Shown here: in pieces, positions 61,521 to 64,000 of the stretch
Position numbering within the stretch: the first letter of the stretch is position 1
Layout of the letters: every line of letters starts with the position of its first letter
The notes under the pieces: model-generated
Seen by the model: only the letters and a program-made list of their open reading frames with translations
What the model was told of the DNA's origin: nothing
Databases searched by the model: none
DNA from: Leptogorgia sarmentosa
Taxonomy: Eukaryota
Direction of reading: 5' to 3'
Length of the DNA stretch: 64,000 bases
Assembly (NCBI GenBank): GCA_964658305.1
Contig: OZ210885.1
Span: 25,854,001-25,918,000, forward strand
Made by a program: the position numbers and the translations under genes

Positions 61521-64000
61521 TTAATCATAATCATGATCGTTAATAATATTCATGATCGTTAATCATAATCGTGATCGTTAATCATAATCATGATCGTTAA
61601 TCATAATCATGATCGTTAATCATAATTATGTCCGCTAATCATAATCATGATCCTTAATCATATTCATGACCGCTAATCATAATCATGATAGTCAATCATA
61701 ATCATGATCGTTAATCACAATCATGATCATTAATCATGATCATAATCTTTAATCATAATCATGATCGTTAATCATAATCTTGTTCGTTAATCGTAATCAT
61801 GATCGTCAATCATGATCTTTAACTATAATCATGATCGTTAATCGAATTTATGATCGTCAATCATCATCGTTAATCATAATCATGTTCGTTAATCATAATC
61901 ATGATCGTCGATCATGATCGTTAATCATAATCCTGATCGTTAATCATATTCATGATCGTTAATCATAATCATGATCGACAATCATAATCATGACCGCTAA
62001 TCATAATCATGATCGTTAATCATATTCATGATCATTATCCATAATCATGATCGTCAATCATAATCATGACCGCTAATCATAATCATGATAATTAATCAAA
62101 TTCATGATCGTCAATCATCATCGTTAATAATAATCATGATCGTTAATCATAATCATGATCGTTAATCATGGTCATGATCGTTAATCATAATCATGATCGT
62201 AAATCGAATTCCTGATCGTCAATCATCATCGCTAATCATAATCATGATCGTTATTCGTAATCATGATCGTTAATCATAATCATGATCGTTAATCATATTC
62301 ATGATCGTTAATCATAATCATGATCGTTAATCATTATCATGATCGTTAATCATAATCATGATCGTTAATGACGATCATTAAACATAATCATGTTCGTTAA
62401 TCATAATCATGATCGTTGATCTTAATAATGATCGTTAAACATAATCATTATCGTTAATCATAATCATGATCGGTAATACTAATCATGATCCTTAATTATA
62501 ATCATCATTGTTAATCGTGATCGTTAATCATAATCATGATCGTTAGTCATAATCATGATCGCTAATGATAATCATGGCGGTTAATCATAATCATGTTCGT
62601 TAATCATAATCATGATCGTTAATCATAATCATGTTCGTTAATCATAATCATAATCGTCAATCATGATCGTCAATAATAATCATGACCGTTAATGATGATC
62701 GTTAATCATGATGGTTAATCATAATCATGATCGTTAATCATAATCATGATCGTTTATCATAAGCATGATCGTTAATTATAATCATGACAGTTAATCATAA
62801 TCACGAACGTTAATCATAATCATGATTATTAGTCATAATCATAATCTTTAATCATAATCATGATCGTTAATCAAAATCATCATCGTTAACCATGATCGTT
62901 GATCATAATCATGATCGTTAATCATAATAATGATCGTTAATCATAATCATGATCGTTTATCATAATCAGTAATGATAATCATGATCGTGAATCTTTATTA
63001 TGATCGTTTATCATAAGCATGATAGTTAATTATAATCATGAGAGTTAATCATAATCATGAACGTTAATCATAATAATGATCGTTAATCATAATCATGATC
63101 TTTAGTCATAATCATGATCGTTAATCGTGATCGTTAATCATGATCGTTAATCATGATCGTTAATTATAATCATGGTCGTCATTCATAATCATTATCGTTA
63201 ATCATAACAATGATCGTCAATGATAATCATGATTGTTAATCATAATCATGATCGTCAATCATAATGATGATCGCTAATCATGATGGTTAATCATAATCAT
63301 GGTTGTTAATCATATTCATGATCGTTAATCATAATCATGATCGACAATCATAATCATGACCGCTAATCATAATCATGATCGTTAATCATAATCGTGATCG
63401 TTAATCATAATCATGATCGTTAATCATAATCATGATCGTTAATCATAATTATGTCCGCTAATCATAATCATGATCGTTAATCATATTCATGATCGTTAAT
63501 CATAATCATGATCGACAATCATAATCATGACCGCTAATCATAATCATGATCGTTAATCATAATCATGACCGCTAATCATAATCATGATCGTTAATCATAA
63601 TCATGATCGTTAATCATAATCATGATCGTAATCATAATCATGATCGTTGATCATGATCGTTAATCATAATCATGGTCGTTAATCATAGTCAGTAATGATA
63701 ATCATAATCGTGAATCTTTATTATGACCGTTTATTATAAGCATGATAGTTAATTATAATCATGATCGTTAATCATAATAATGATCGTTAATCATAATCAG
63801 TAATGATAATCATGACCGTGAATCTTTATTATGATCGTTTATCATAAGCATGATAGTTAATTATAATCATGACAGTTAATCATAATCATGAACGTTAATC
63901 ATAATAATGATCGCCAATCATAATCATGGTCGTTAATAAAAATCGTGACCGCTAATGATAATCATGATCGTTAATCATAATCATGATCGTCAATCATGAT

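Larger units (their letters stand above)
16022..64000. repeat. 19-bp satellite array, right arm (same family and orientation)
   Basis: The same monomer resumes at the duplicated TTAA (16022-16025) and continues to the window end. I saw no further non-satellite insert. Confidence 0.98.

Noticed and set aside
1..64000. CRISPR array or repetitive protein-coding sequence
   Set aside because: There are no unique spacers. The 19-bp period puts stop codons in all frames, and the ORF track shows nothing in the array.
1..64000. Telomeric repeat array
   Set aside because: The hexamer TAATCA/TGATTA lacks the G-runs of known telomeric repeats, and the unit is a degenerate 19-mer.
1..64000. Dam-methylation (GATC) or homeodomain (TAATC) site cluster as a function
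   Set aside because: These short motifs follow automatically from the monomer sequence. Nothing here supports a function, and the context looks eukaryotic.

Overview
About 97% of this window is one AT-rich tandem satellite with a 19-bp consensus monomer, TAATCA-TAATCA-TGATCG-T. It is built from a 6-bp subunit, has common 13-bp and 25-bp length variants, and I saw no strand switch. One non-satellite insert interrupts it: a 2,055-bp DNA transposon at 13967-16021. The insert has a TTAA target-site duplication, AG...CT termini and 36-bp terminal inverted repeats. Inside are two convergent, decayed genes: a frameshifted THAP zinc-finger N-terminus on +, and an intron-containing KolX-like (P2X7 C-terminal-like) gene on -. 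Each gene is preceded by an inverted copy of the same YY1-like/CRE-containing module. This fits an internally deleted, non-autonomous Kolobok element. Empty copies of the insertion site exist elsewhere in the array. The satellite shows nested kb-scale duplications (offsets 476, 793, 1456, 1682, 2549, 2792, 2848, ~12 kb, ~42 kb) and a layered layout in which the two flanks share variants missing from the centre. The source is eukaryotic, probably metazoan heterochromatin or (peri)centromere; that is inference. All offsets and translations were read by eye.
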